The notes below the pieces were generated by a model. The model ran no database searches. It worked only from the letters and a program-made list of their open reading frames with translations, and had not been told where the DNA came from. From the NCBI GenBank assembly GCA_963796965.1, contig CAWCNS010000008.1, positions 128,001 to 192,000 on the forward strand: a stretch of DNA of 64,000 nucleotides. Direction: 5' to 3'. This DNA comes from Calditrichia bacterium. Its GTDB lineage: Bacteria; Calditrichota; Calditrichia; JAJRVZ01. Shown one piece after another: positions 44,527 to 55,393 of the stretch (its first letter is position 1; the number at the start of each line of letters is the position of its first letter). Made by a program: the position numbers and the translations under genes.

Positions 44527-45897
44527 CTACCTTGAAACATTTTTCCAATTATTTGTCCAAAGCATAATCCTGGCAATACGATCAAATGGAGGATAAATGT
44601 GCATACCGCCAGTAACCATGTCAACCTGCCCATCCTGATTAAAATCACCTAATTCGAGAGCCAGGATATGAGTTGGATTATTTGTAATATCATGGCGAGT
44701 AAAATTCATTTGTCCATCATTTTCCAGCCAGATGAAACTTTGAGAGGCAGGATTATCCCACGAGTTAAATGCACTAACAACAAAAAGATCAAGATCACCG
44801 TCATGATCAATATCCAAAGGACGGGCGTTATAGGCACCGCCAAAATTTGAAATCCGATGAAAAACGAATTTATAATTTCCGCTATTTTCCAACCAGTTTA
44901 CACCGTGCCATGGCCTGGGCCGGGGTGGGATATAATCGAAAGCATCACCATTCGTGTATAGAATATCAAGATCACCATCCTGATCAAAATCACTCATGAA
45001 GATACCACTGGAACCGAAATCATCGTTACTAACACCATAGATCAGCTTAGCGTTAAAATCACCCTTTCCGTCATTTAAATACAGATAGGTTTCTTCCCAT
45101 TCCTGACTAATTAGGGTAATAATATCTAAGTCAGAGTCGTTATCAATATCCACCAGTTCACAGTTCACCCCTCCGGACAGAGTCTGCAAAATATGGCTAG
45201 TAAATTGCCAATTCCCCTTGTTTTCTAGCCAGCGAGTTTCCCCGTCATCATAACCAAATTGAACGGCAGCCAGGTCCAGATCTCCATCACCGTCCAGATC
45301 ACCGGCGCGTACATCCGATACACGGGCAATTTTCTCAACAACTAAATGGCGCTGAAATTTAAGTTGTCCATCATTTTCTAAGATAACTATGGAACCAATT
45401 TTGTCATTGTTTGGATATAACATACCCAAGAGCGAAACGATAAGGTCTAAATCTCCATCTTTGTCAAAATCTATAACCTGAATGTGACTGGGTGCCATAA
45501 TATTATCCGAACAGGTCTTCTCCGTATATACACCTTTAGGATATTGATGAATCCAGGATATCTTATTTTCCAGTACATCACAAATAACCATATCCAATAA
45601 ACTATCCTGATCCAAATCAACTGCTTGAATATGAGAGATCTGAGGCTTTTCTTTAGACATATTTCCAATATGTTGCGGAATTAAAAACTCGATTTTTTTA
45701 CCGCGCGCCGCCTCTATAAAATTATCTCCTTCATCTGATGCAATTAAGAATTTCTCAATTATTTGTTTCCAAGATTTGCCCGTTTTAATGGACTGATATT
45801 CCAAAAAACCAAGCGGGATGCCTATCAAAATCATTAGCATAAGGATAATGCCGATAACTATTTTAAATACAGAACTTTTATTATTGCGATCTCTCAA
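44527..45897 (-). CDS. FG-GAP/VCBS repeat beta-propeller protein
   Basis: Seven DxDxDGDxD repeats with WLEN motifs. Confidence 0.88.
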   Translation of the reverse strand: MRDRNNKSSVFKIVIGIILMLMILIGIPLGFLEYQSIKTGKSWKQIIEKFLIASDEGDNFIEAARGKKIEFLIPQHIGNMSKEKPQISHIQAVDLDQDSLLDMVICDVLENKISWIHQYPKGVYTEKTCSDNIMAPSHIQVIDFDKDGDLDLIVSLLGMLYPNNDKIGSIVILENDGQLKFQRHLVVEKIARVSDVRAGDLDGDGDLDLAAVQFGYDDGETRWLENKGNWQFTSHILQTLSGGVNCELVDIDNDSDLDIITLISQEWEETYLYLNDGKGDFNAKLIYGVSNDDFGSSGIFMSDFDQDGDLDILYTNGDAFDYIPPRPRPWHGVNWLENSGNYKFVFHRISNFGGAYNARPLDIDHDGDLDLFVVSAFNSWDNPASQSFIWLENDGQMNFTRHDITNNPTHILALELGDFNQDGQVDMVTGGMHIYPPFDRIARIMLWTNNWKNVSR

Positions 45898-45927
45898 TAT
45901 ATTTTCCTTCGCTTTTTTTAATAAATC

Positions 45928-47902
45928 TTAGTTTGCATAAAAGAGGATAAAAACACAAGTAATAATCAGAAGAAAAATAGAGACAGTCAGGAAACCCTTA
46001 AAAGGAGCTTTTACATCCTCAATTTTGTCGATCCAGATGCGCCATAAATTTCGCAAGCTGTATGAAAATCCAACAATTATTGTTATTACCTGTAACAGTG
46101 GAATATATTGCGGTATAAATTGATTCCAGGGTGTGCTGGCTAAACCCAGTAAATTCCAACCCCAGCCAAATGGATCCGACAGTGATTGGCCTACAAATGA
46201 CACGTTTGTAAAAAGCATTTGTGTAACAAAAGCAATCCATATAGCCAATCCCAATGGCAAAAGAGAAGCTGTCTGGGCAACCATCAGATCAAACGATTTT
46301 TGTTTGGCTTGTGACAGTACTTTCGCAATTTTGCTGACCAGCCCAAAAAGTCCGGGAAAGACCACAAGAGCAGACAACCACAAAATTATCGTATAAACAC
46401 CAAATAAATCCCAGTTGCCTTTGTCTAATATATTTACATAATCACGTATTTCCGCCCAGTGCCCAAGGTATAGGATTGTATAGGAAGACCCAAGTACGAA
46501 CATCGCCAAGGCAGTCCAGGCCTGACTCGTGTCCCTGATCCCCACATCTTTCGAAAAACCATCCCAGCGCAAGGCTACATTATCATAAAGACAACTGCGT
46601 ACACATTCTGTGCATAATCCACAATCAAAATTATCTTCAATTTTGCTTACATTAAGACCATATGGACACGCCCATCCGTTGTACACTTCCTTTTTCACAA
46701 AACAGGGGTTTGCAACTAGCACAAACTTCATAATCCGCTTTGCGGATGGATAACTTTCCCATTTTTGCATATAAACTAATAAAGGTGTTAATCGGACAAA
46801 CATACCTGCAAAAGGCCCGTAATTCCCAAATGCCTGCCATTAAAGTTGCACCGATAAATAAAAACAGGACAGCAATCCCGGTAGCGCGTGGTTTGGCAAC
46901 CAAAGTGGTTGACAAAGTACCTGTTACCAGAAAGAGAAATAATCTGGTCCAACCATTACTTAACCAGTCAGGCCACTTGCGGTTGAGCCCAAAAAACCGA
47001 TTTCTGAACCCGTTTGTATTTCCTTCTCTTACGCGGGTAATGGCTCTGCGCTGCAAAAAATCACCAACCATCGGAAGAGGACAGGCTAAACACCAAAGAC
47101 GACCGCCAAACGGCGTAAATATGGTAACAACCAAAAACAGCCAGACCGTCCATACCAGCAGCACACCTAAATTTCGTCCGGACATCTGTGTACCAAATAA
47201 GGTGGTTAATAAAACTACATATAATATGGTGAATGCAAAGATCATGAAAAACGATTGAAACCCGTTCCTCTTGATTATCTTTTTTAACCAGGGAAATTTG
47301 ACCAGTAAATCAGGAGCCGCATGACCTGCAAACTTTTCCTGTCTATTGTTTCCTGAAATCTGTCGGTATATTATCCTTCTTATAAAAATTACATAAATTC
47401 CGAAAAGTATTCCTAATCCAGTAACCAGTAAATAATTGGGATAGATAACTATTTTGCCATGTTCAAAAGCATGCATGGGACCGCACCAGACATGGCAGCG
47501 GTAATTACTCTTAGATATAATGGAGCCTAAAATTCCGGGATGCTTTGCAACAAGAACCACTTCATCTTTGATTTCCGGTGGATAGGAAGGATCACTGGCC
47601 TTAAAAACCAAAACCGTGTTGTTGACCGGTTCTACTTTTACATCTAAATCAAACTCTTCCAGGAAAAAGGAATGCCCGGTATCTTTTGAAGAAAAAGTTA
47701 AATGCAGTGTGTCGCCACGATTGCAATATATGGCTGAAGGATTTTTTCCATATCTGAAATTTTCAATGTGAATAAACCGGTGTTTCGGCGTCTCACTTGT
47801 TAATCTCAAAAATAGGACCGGGATGAGAATGCAAACAATTAATATTAAGACGTTTATATATAGATTTTTTCTAAATATAAATCGTTTATTTTTTTTTAGC
47901 AT
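45928..47902 (-). CDS. Membrane protein with cupredoxin (CuA-like) domain and NapH/YccM-like 4Fe-4S region; frameshift at ~46681
   Basis: CHVWCGPMH; GRLWCLACP; RAFCRYVCP; CASC...CEKG../GWACP; DCGLCTECVRSC; multiple TM segments. Confidence 0.75.
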
Positions 47903-48069
47903 TCTGATAAAAATATTTAACGTCTTTCTGATAATTCAATATTTTGACAAAAACAATAACAGAATTTGAAAAATAGGTGTAAATATTATATCTGAAGTAC
48001 ATTTAAATTGGACAATTCAAATTGCACTATCGATTTTTTGGGAGATTCAAAAAGATTAGTTATGTAAAA

Positions 48070-50484
48070 CTACAATTCTTCATTTTGTAAAATGGCAACT
48101 TTTTCACCCATAGTGACCTTAATGTGACATTCTTTCTCCGAAGATATCGGTATCACATTTCCTTGTAGTTCTGAACCATCAACCGTGATGTGGTTAACCC
48201 CGGATTCCACATTTTCAGGATTTTCGATATGGATGATATATCGTGTTCCACGAAAGACGCGCTCAACTTTTAGTTCATTCCATTCTGAAGGAATTACAGG
48301 TATAATTTTTAGTCCCTGATAAGTGGCTTGCACACCAATCATATGATCCATAACTACCCGGAACATCCATGCGGCCGTTCCCGTTTGCCACGAATGGCTT
48401 GCTCTTCCAGCGTCACTTTCATGTTCATCACTGGTAATATACTGGGAATAAACATAGGGTTCAGCAACGAATATATCGGGATCGACCGTATTGGGAAGCA
48501 TGTTTTTATAATAATGGAAAGCCCTGTTGCCACGACCCATCATACATTCTGCTTGGATCAACCAGGGAACAGGATGACCAAAGATAGCCCCGTTTTCTTT
48601 CTTCCCTGCAACACACCTGGTGATTAAGCCAATGCTGGGATCAATTTCCTTGTAAGCCGGTGCGCAAATCTTTGGCCCATATTCCGTATCAAGATATTCA
48701 TAAACACTATCTAATGCCGTAATTAATTTTTCACGCTCGGAAATTTGAGCAATTACAGCCCAGGATTGAGCATTTAAAAATATTTTTCCGTATTTATTCT
48801 CTCTGGATCCTATTTTTTTTGATTTTGCTCCAAACGCCCGAATATACCAATCGCCATCCCAGCACCATTCATTGATCGCAGAAACGAGTTGATCACGAAG
48901 AACCTTAGTCTTTTCTTCCAGGTCGTCGCAGCGAATAAACCTGGCGAGCTCGATTAATTTATTTAGCATGGCGACATAAAACATCCCACCCCACACACTC
49001 TCGCCGCCATCTTCTCCGCCGATATAATCTAACGTGTCATTCCAGTCTCCTCTTCCAAACAAAGGGAGTCCATGGCTACCGAGATGGGTTCGAATAAAAT
49101 TCAGAATAGCATCAAATCTATCTATTATTTTAGCGGATTTTCCATCGGCAAAGGGTTCACGCTGCTCCAGAATATCCATATCACCCGTTTCTTTCAGATA
49201 ATCTGTGATGGCAAGAATAAACCAGAGAGGATCATCCGTATGACCCGTAATTTCACCCTGACCATCATTAAAAAAGTGATGATAAACCCGTCCATCAGAA
49301 AACATCTGTCTGGCCAGAATAGAAATTCTTTCATGTGCTTTTTGGGGATTTGATTGGGTTACTGCGATGGTATCCTGGGCGGTATCCCTAAAACCAAAGC
49401 CTCGGCCCAGGCCCCAATAATAAAAACTTGCTACTCTGCCTATATCAAAGGCCACTTTCGCCTGATAGGGTGTCCAGTAATTAATGAAGGTATTGGCATC
49501 TTCATCGGGTGTTTCTATCTGTGAATATCTTAGGAATTCATTCCATTTCCGCCCCAGATCACAAAAAGCTGAATCGACGTTTTCCAGCTTATGATATTTA
49601 AGAGGTAAAATAAGTTTGTCTGTTTCAAATCGTTTCTTTTCTAGCACACCAAGGGTAAATATAATGTTCTGAGATTGATGTGGAGACAATTCCAGATCGA
49701 CCTGCAGAGCACCAATGGCATTTCCGAAATCAGTATCTCTATTTGACAGGGGTCCTGTCTCAATGGAAAGAGGGTTATTCTCATTTCTATATAAACCGAT
49801 AAACCGTTCGCGAAGTGTTTCATATCCGACCACGGGCAAATTTGTAGTAAAAAATGCATATTGATCCCAGGCCTTGTTTTCCTGGTGCTGAGTTCCAGCT
49901 GTATCGGTCACCCAGTATGTTTTTGTTGCAAAAAGTCCATTGGCCTGCTCCTCAAAATGGACCCTATTAAAATGCTGGTCATCACATTGATTAATGATGT
50001 CCACCATGGCATGTCCAAGAGCAAATTCCACGTATCCATAAACCGATAATCTTCGTTTTCTGTCCGACTTATTTTCAAGAACTGTTTTCCAGATTTCCAG
50101 GTTGTCATTAGGAGGGACAAAAAACAATGCTGAGGATTCAATATCACTTACTAGTGCATTAGATTTTGTATAACCGAATCCATGTGCGATTTGATAGGCT
50201 TCTTTATTTTTACCAACCGGTTGCCAGGTAACGCTCCAGACCTCGCCGGTATCTCTGTCTTTAATGTAGATATATTTGCCCGGCCTGTCATAGGGCACAT
50301 CATTTATTCTATACCGTGTGATACGACCATGTAATGGATTAATAAAATAACTAATTCCACCACCATTGTTTGAGATACTCGCAAAATATTTATCATTATA
50401 GAGATAATTTATCCAGGGACTAGGTGTTTCCACATCGTCAATAATATATTCTCTGTTATCAGCAGAAAAATGGCCATATGTCAT
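48070..50484 (-). CDS. GH94 glycoside phosphorylase (cellobiose/chitobiose phosphorylase-like)
   Basis: MTYGHFSADNREYII...PWINYL, GFRDTAQD, GDWNDTL, KENGAIF, SWQTGTAAW. Confidence 0.9.
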   Translation of the reverse strand: MTYGHFSADNREYIIDDVETPSPWINYLYNDKYFASISNNGGGISYFINPLHGRITRYRINDVPYDRPGKYIYIKDRDTGEVWSVTWQPVGKNKEAYQIAHGFGYTKSNALVSDIESSALFFVPPNDNLEIWKTVLENKSDRKRRLSVYGYVEFALGHAMVDIINQCDDQHFNRVHFEEQANGLFATKTYWVTDTAGTQHQENKAWDQYAFFTTNLPVVGYETLRERFIGLYRNENNPLSIETGPLSNRDTDFGNAIGALQVDLELSPHQSQNIIFTLGVLEKKRFETDKLILPLKYHKLENVDSAFCDLGRKWNEFLRYSQIETPDEDANTFINYWTPYQAKVAFDIGRVASFYYWGLGRGFGFRDTAQDTIAVTQSNPQKAHERISILARQMFSDGRVYHHFFNDGQGEITGHTDDPLWFILAITDYLKETGDMDILEQREPFADGKSAKIIDRFDAILNFIRTHLGSHGLPLFGRGDWNDTLDYIGGEDGGESVWGGMFYVAMLNKLIELARFIRCDDLEEKTKVLRDQLVSAINEWCWDGDWYIRAFGAKSKKIGSRENKYGKIFLNAQSWAVIAQISEREKLITALDSVYEYLDTEYGPKICAPAYKEIDPSIGLITRCVAGKKENGAIFGHPVPWLIQAECMMGRGNRAFHYYKNMLPNTVDPDIFVAEPYVYSQYITSDEHESDAGRASHSWQTGTAAWMFRVVMDHMIGVQATYQGLKIIPVIPSEWNELKVERVFRGTRYIIHIENPENVESGVNHITVDGSELQGNVIPISSEKECHIKVTMGEKVAILQNEEL

Positions 50485-50842
50485 CTACGTAATTCTCCCT
50501 AATTAGCTTTGCCAGATTTCAATATGAATACATTAAGCAATTATGTTTTTTTCTTGTTCACCACTCAGATAGATGAGAATAAACCAAGCCAAAATAAAGT
50601 AATTAATTTGTCTAATAAATATAATGTTTAATTAGTTTTTTTTCAATAAATATATTCTAAAAAAGGAGAATATAGCTAGGCCTGATACCACACTCTTTTT
50701 GGTAGTTTTTTCCAAAATAAATTGGCAGAATATTCTTTAAGATAAAATTGATGTGATTGGATTGTCACAGAAGAGGCCGCTATTATCCGATCTGTGGAGC
50801 GCTTGAATAAAAATTTCTATGACTAAATTGCGTCGACCGTCA

Positions 50843-52031
50843 CTAAAACCCGATAGCTTCGTTTTCTTTAATAACCGGTACCTTAAAAAATTCATTCAGA
50901 ACCAGAGAGGCAGCACCGATAGCCGTTGCATAGCGCCCTTGTGTACTTGATACAACTCTTAAAGATTCGGAGGTAATATTCAGGGTTTCCATTTCGATGA
51001 CCCTCATTACGGGCTCCGATATTTTAGTATTTACCTCGGCAATGTCACCCGCCAAAATCACCATTTCAGGATTAATTAATGCAACAGAATGGACAATTGA
51101 ATTACCGATCAAATGTCCGAGTATTGAAAAATAAAGCAGGGCAATCTCGTCGCCCTGATTAGCTGCATCAAGCATTAAATAAATATCAATATCATTTATA
51201 GATTGGGCATATTTTTTTAATATTTTCCCTTCATTCATTCGGTTACTTAATGCGCCAAGACTATCATGCAAAGTTGGTAAGTGAATATTTAATTCTCCTG
51301 AACAGTAATTGGCACCATGATATAATTCTTCATTAAAAACCAACCCGATGCCCAGCCCACCAACATTTTTATTAACCTCAATCAGAACAGTCATAAAATT
51401 CTTTACACCGCCTGCATCACCTGACCATTTTTCACCTATAGCTGTTGCGTTTGCATTATTCTCAATAATTACCGGAAATGAAAATACCTCCTCAAGCCTC
51501 TCCAGCAAGGGAATATTCAAATCACCTAAAACATCTGTTTTAACAATTATTCCATCGTCCCGGTTTACGACACCTGCAACAGCAAGACCCAGGCCCATAA
51601 TCTTATCAATTTTTGCATAGTCTATGATATCATTGGCAGAGTTTTTAATTTGCTCAACCAGCTCGTCAAGATTTGATGCCACTGGAACCTGGTAAATTTT
51701 TTTTGTAACAAGGCTACCACCCAGATCCAAAACCACAGCTGTTATCTCTCCAATTTCCAGATCAATTCCAATCACATACTCAGCGTTACTCTTAATGGTC
51801 CAGATAAACGGACGCTTGCCTCCGCGGTTTGTCGACTCACCCTTCCCTAAGTTTTTTATCAAGGCCTTTTGCTGTAAATCTTTTAGAATACCTAGATATT
51901 GTAGAGGGTCGCATACCTGTAATTTGAGAGAGCATTGATCCTGAGATCTTTCCATGCTCACGAATTAAATTTAACACGACCCGATCGTTAATTTTTTTTA
52001 CTAATCTGATGTCACCGGTTTTCATTTTCAC
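50843..52031 (-). CDS. ROK family transcriptional repressor (HTH plus ROK); frameshift at ~51892
   Basis: N-terminal INDRVVLNLIREHGKIS...TGMRPSTIS continues in the other frame as ILKDLQQKALI...GGKRP; IENNANATAIGE; GIGLVFNEELYHG...GE. Confidence 0.85.
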
Positions 52032-52296
52032 CTTTTGGGTTTTATTCTAATATCCATTCTATCGATTTCCATTATCTCATCAAAGAGAGAATTCAAAAAT
52101 ATATTAAAATTCCTAAAGAAACTCTTGATGCCCTAACTTATATTTAATCAACATGATAGACAATGAAAAGACCATTGATTTTAATTTATTTCTTTTCCGA
52201 AAAATCATTCTATTATATTACATTACAATTTACAATTCAAGTTATTTTTTCAATTTTGATACATGTCACCAGGAATAAGGTCGGAAAGATATTTAC

Positions 52297-55200
52297 CTAT
52301 CTTTTCTTTATTTTATAGGTCCTGATCTCAAATGGCTTCAAATGTATCTCAATCATACCCTCTCCACTTATGATGTCGCCATCAACCCATTCAATTAAAT
52401 TTGTCATTACAAGATAATCATCATTCGAGTTAAACGAGATTTTTCCTTTGGAAGATTTACCCATGGTTTCCACAACCCTGAGTACCAAACAATCTTCTTT
52501 CTCCGCCTTTTTTAAAACCTCTAATGAAATCCCATCTCCTTCCAGTTTTAACGGAACAGCATTTCCGGAGGCCCTGAATCCCTTAAACATTAAGACCGGT
52601 TGATTGAGCTGCGCCGCTTCGGAAATCACATCTGAATTAATAAGGTCACCAACATGGGGTAAAAGGCTGTAAATAAATTCATGGTCGCCCAGATCCGCAT
52701 CGGGATCAGGATTCCGGGTGGAACGTAACAGGTTGAGATCCAGTACATTATTATGAACTTTATATCCATATTTACAATCATTTAGCAGAGCAACACCATA
52801 TTCTTTATCAGACAGATCAGCATAGCGATGCGCTGCAACCTCAAATTTGGCAATATCCCAGCTTGTATTTCGATGTGTATTCCTTTTTATATGGCCATAC
52901 TGTATGTCAAAGCTCGCCTCAGATGCCTGAACATCAACCGGAAAAGATACACGCAACATGCGATGTTGTTCAAACCATTGTATTTTTGTGTGAAAGTCAA
53001 GTCTTTTACTACCTAAGGAAAGATAAATCTCCTGTGAGATCTTTGAATTACCTATCTCAAATTTGAGCCTCAGACCTTGTCTTACGTCCCCAAATGAATG
53101 TTTTTCAATTTTTATACATCTGGCCTGCTCCAGCAATTCCCTTTCATAAAACAGATCAACATCCCAGGCGTCCCACTGATTAGGTCGGTCATTGTAAAGG
53201 GAAAGTATATTTCCCTTTTTATCCGTTTCTAATACATGCCGATTTTGCTGTTTATCAAAAATATCAACGAGGACACCTTCCTCATTGAAATCATAGCGAA
53301 TGAGATCATTCTCCAAAATCAGATCTTGGTTTTCACTATTTTTCTCTGGTAGAGTCTCAGATTTTAAGAGGGTTATAAAACTTATTGGTGGCACGGTGAC
53401 AAAGGCCAGAGAATGATCCCCTTCTTTCTGTACCAATACTTCTTTATTGCTGATTGATTCTGTTGCTCCCGTCCAGTCCTTGGGTAATTTAATGGCCCCT
53501 TTATAACTGTGGGAGAGGCTATTAAATAGAACCAGTGAATTTTTATCTTTTACGAAGAGTAAACGTGCCGCCGCATCCTTAAGTTTTTGGGAATTATCAA
53601 ATGCTTCGTGATATTCCTCATGCGTAACTTTATAGACAGCATTGATACTGGAACCTGGAATGATATCATGAAATTGATTAATTAATACTTTTTTCCAAAT
53701 TTTTTCCAATTTCTCCACAGGATAACTATCTAGGGGCAGACAAGACCAGAGGATCTCAAGTTCCCGCAATTCTAATTCTAATTTTCTGTTTGCTCTTTTA
53801 ACAAAAGCCTGCGAGGTTAATGTGCCACGATGGAGTTCCAGATACAGCTCACCCACCCAGGTTGCAACCTGGTCTTTGTACTGAGCCAGATTTTCAAAAA
53901 ACGTGTCCGCCCTTCCAAATCTCACCTTCGGCGCGCCCTCAAGACTCTCCAAACGCATGCCATACTCAATATTTTCTTCTTTTGGGCCCCCTCCCCCATC
54001 ACCCACGCCAAACAGGCATATAAATTCATCTATAAATGATTTTTCTTTGAAATTATCCCGTCCCGGAATAATAAATTTTGTATTCAGTTGACTTCCGTAT
54101 GTATTCTCGGGGGGGAAATGAGTGAGTATTTCCGTACCATCGATACCCCGCCAATTAAAGGTATGGTGGGGAAAGTCATTGATTTGACTCCAGGATAATT
54201 TTTGAGTGAGAAAATAATCAACACCCGATTTTACCATAATTTGAGGCATCGATGCCGAATACCCAAATACATCTGGCAGCCATAAATTCTTCACCTCTAC
54301 ACCAAATTCATCCATAAAGAAATTTTTACCATATAAAAACTGACGGATCATCGATTCGCCACTGATCAGGTTACAATCTGCTTCAACCCACATACCACCT
54401 TGTAATTCCCAACGACCTTCTTTTACATATTGTTTAATTTTCTCATAAAGCATTGGAGCATGATCTTTTACAAACTGGTAATGTTGTGGCTGTGAAGCAC
54501 CGAAAACATACTGAGGATATTTCTCCAACAGTTTTATCTGACTGGAAAATGTTCGAATACACTTGCGGATTGTTTCTCTCACCGGCCAAAGCCATCCCGT
54601 ATCGATATGGGCATGCCCGACAGCCATCGCTCTCAGATCTGAGGCTGTCGCCGGTTGCGTTAAGGCTTCTTCCAATACGTGACGGCTCTTTATGGCATTC
54701 TCCTGACGATCAGCGAAAACATCGATAGAGGCCGTCAAACACTTTATTATTCTGGCTTTACGAACAGATGCACCTTCTAACGTACTGACAAGCCCAAGTA
54801 GTATTTCCATATCGAGCAATAAATGCCACAATTCCAGATCAAAAGTGCTAAGACGCATGGCAATAACTTTACCTTCATACTTCCCAAATCGATCGGGATC
54901 AATAGCAGGAGGATCTGCATCAAGAAACACACCAAACATACTGTTACCCGCTGCCTCCACCCAAAGCTCAACTTCTTCCCCACCTTTTGCACTATCAAAT
55001 AAATGCACATATTCACGGCGAAAATCTTTACTAAAGATGGATTTATGTGTAATACCCTGCAATGGCATACCATCTGGCAAAACCACCAGACCTTCTCCCT
55101 CAAAATCTAAATGCGCAACAACTTTTTTTCCCTTCCATTCTTTTGGCACTGCAGACCTCAAGTGAAACCAGGCGCTCTCCCAGGTACCACCCCAAACTTC

Positions 55201-55374
55201 ACCTTCCTTAATCGGTTTATAAGTACCTTTCAATCTATCCTTGAATGCCACTGGCTCTTTAGACCATGAATATTCAGCTGAGAAAGGTATCGATTCCACT
55301 ACTATTTTATCTGCCATCCGGGTCATAAACTTTTCAATTCTATCCAAATACAATTTTGTCACTTTATCTGTCAC
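52297..55374 (-). CDS. Alpha-mannosidase, GH38
   Basis: GHAHIDTGWLWP, WLPDVFGYS, GDGGGGP, GELYLELHRGT, NQFHDIIPGSS. Confidence 0.95.
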   Translation of the reverse strand: MTDKVTKLYLDRIEKFMTRMADKIVVESIPFSAEYSWSKEPVAFKDRLKGTYKPIKEGEVWGGTWESAWFHLRSAVPKEWKGKKVVAHLDFEGEGLVVLPDGMPLQGITHKSIFSKDFRREYVHLFDSAKGGEEVELWVEAAGNSMFGVFLDADPPAIDPDRFGKYEGKVIAMRLSTFDLELWHLLLDMEILLGLVSTLEGASVRKARIIKCLTASIDVFADRQENAIKSRHVLEEALTQPATASDLRAMAVGHAHIDTGWLWPVRETIRKCIRTFSSQIKLLEKYPQYVFGASQPQHYQFVKDHAPMLYEKIKQYVKEGRWELQGGMWVEADCNLISGESMIRQFLYGKNFFMDEFGVEVKNLWLPDVFGYSASMPQIMVKSGVDYFLTQKLSWSQINDFPHHTFNWRGIDGTEILTHFPPENTYGSQLNTKFIIPGRDNFKEKSFIDEFICLFGVGDGGGGPKEENIEYGMRLESLEGAPKVRFGRADTFFENLAQYKDQVATWVGELYLELHRGTLTSQAFVKRANRKLELELRELEILWSCLPLDSYPVEKLEKIWKKVLINQFHDIIPGSSINAVYKVTHEEYHEAFDNSQKLKDAAARLLFVKDKNSLVLFNSLSHSYKGAIKLPKDWTGATESISNKEVLVQKEGDHSLAFVTVPPISFITLLKSETLPEKNSENQDLILENDLIRYDFNEEGVLVDIFDKQQNRHVLETDKKGNILSLYNDRPNQWDAWDVDLFYERELLEQARCIKIEKHSFGDVRQGLRLKFEIGNSKISQEIYLSLGSKRLDFHTKIQWFEQHRMLRVSFPVDVQASEASFDIQYGHIKRNTHRNTSWDIAKFEVAAHRYADLSDKEYGVALLNDCKYGYKVHNNVLDLNLLRSTRNPDPDADLGDHEFIYSLLPHVGDLINSDVISEAAQLNQPVLMFKGFRASGNAVPLKLEGDGISLEVLKKAEKEDCLVLRVVETMGKSSKGKISFNSNDDYLVMTNLIEWVDGDIISGEGMIEIHLKPFEIRTYKIKKR

Positions 55375-55393
55375 CCTATAACCTCCTGATATC

